A stretch of DNA of 64,000 nucleotides. Source: an uncultured Chloroflexia bacterium. GTDB taxonomy: Bacteria > Chloroflexota > Limnocylindria > Limnocylindrales > CSP1-4. Positions 63,816 to 64,000 of the stretch are shown in pieces. Position 1 is the first letter of the stretch, and each line of letters starts with the position of its first letter. Location of the stretch: NCBI GenBank assembly GCA_963766735.1, contig CAVYBU010000007.1, positions 64,001 through 128,000 of the forward strand. Direction: 5' to 3'. The notes below the pieces were generated by a model, which saw nothing but the letters and a program-made list of their open reading frames with translations, searched no databases and was not told where the DNA came from. Both the position numbers and the translations under genes were made by a program.

Positions 63816-64000
63816 CTCGGCACCGCGTGGCCCCGGGCGAACCAGTCGAGGACGCGCATCGCGCGGAGCGTGTTCCAGCGGCTCGGCTTGCCCACGCCGA
63901 CCTCCATCTCGAAGTGGACCTCGCCCTCGCAGGACGTTCTGGAGCGGCCACCGGCCGTCGGCATCCCGGGCCGCTGCGACGATCCCGATCGCCTCGGCGA
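63812..64000 (-). CDS. C-terminus of a prenyltransferase/squalene-cyclase-like repeat protein (partial; probable indel near 63931)
   Basis: Manual translation AEAIGIV...DADGRWPLQN / GEVHFEME..GKPSRWNTLRAMRVLDW. Confidence 0.65.
   Translation of the reverse strand, partial: SPRRSGSSQRPGMPTAGGRSRTSCEGEVHFEMEVGVGKPSRWNTLRAMRVLDWFARGHAVPR

Overview
High-GC bacterial chromosome segment. Gene content and order suggest Chloroflexota, possibly Limnocylindria-like (inference). Mostly housekeeping: tRNA-Val(GAC), T-box-thrS-infC-rpmI-rplT-pheST-cvpA-mpg-mutS2, a class A PBP, tyrS, a his operon led by a TrpR/YerC-like repressor with a divergent hisA, an EF-G2-like gene, yebC-ruvCAB-tgt-recA-recX, rny-ymdB, miaB-miaA and hflX. 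The most notable accessory block (about 47.9-51.1 kb, between recX and rny) is an ECF sigma/anti-sigma cassette. Two exported proteins and the anti-sigma ectodomain share one repeated beta-rich domain, and three genes carry the same upstream motif TTGAA-N18-GWCCC-N5-GRGTGRGC. Other signals: a dif-like site inside a mosaic of gene remnants at 62-63 kb, a TGT with a queuine-type pocket signature, an unannotated 52-aa basic protein before recA, a GT2 fused to a CysRS-anticodon-like domain, two rod-like structured RNA candidates, non-canonical starts for infC and miaA, and a stand-alone bcsA-like gene. Several single-base frameshifts (thrS, PBP, tgt, ymdB, anti-sigma and others) are most likely assembly errors. 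All family assignments come from motif recognition, not database searches.
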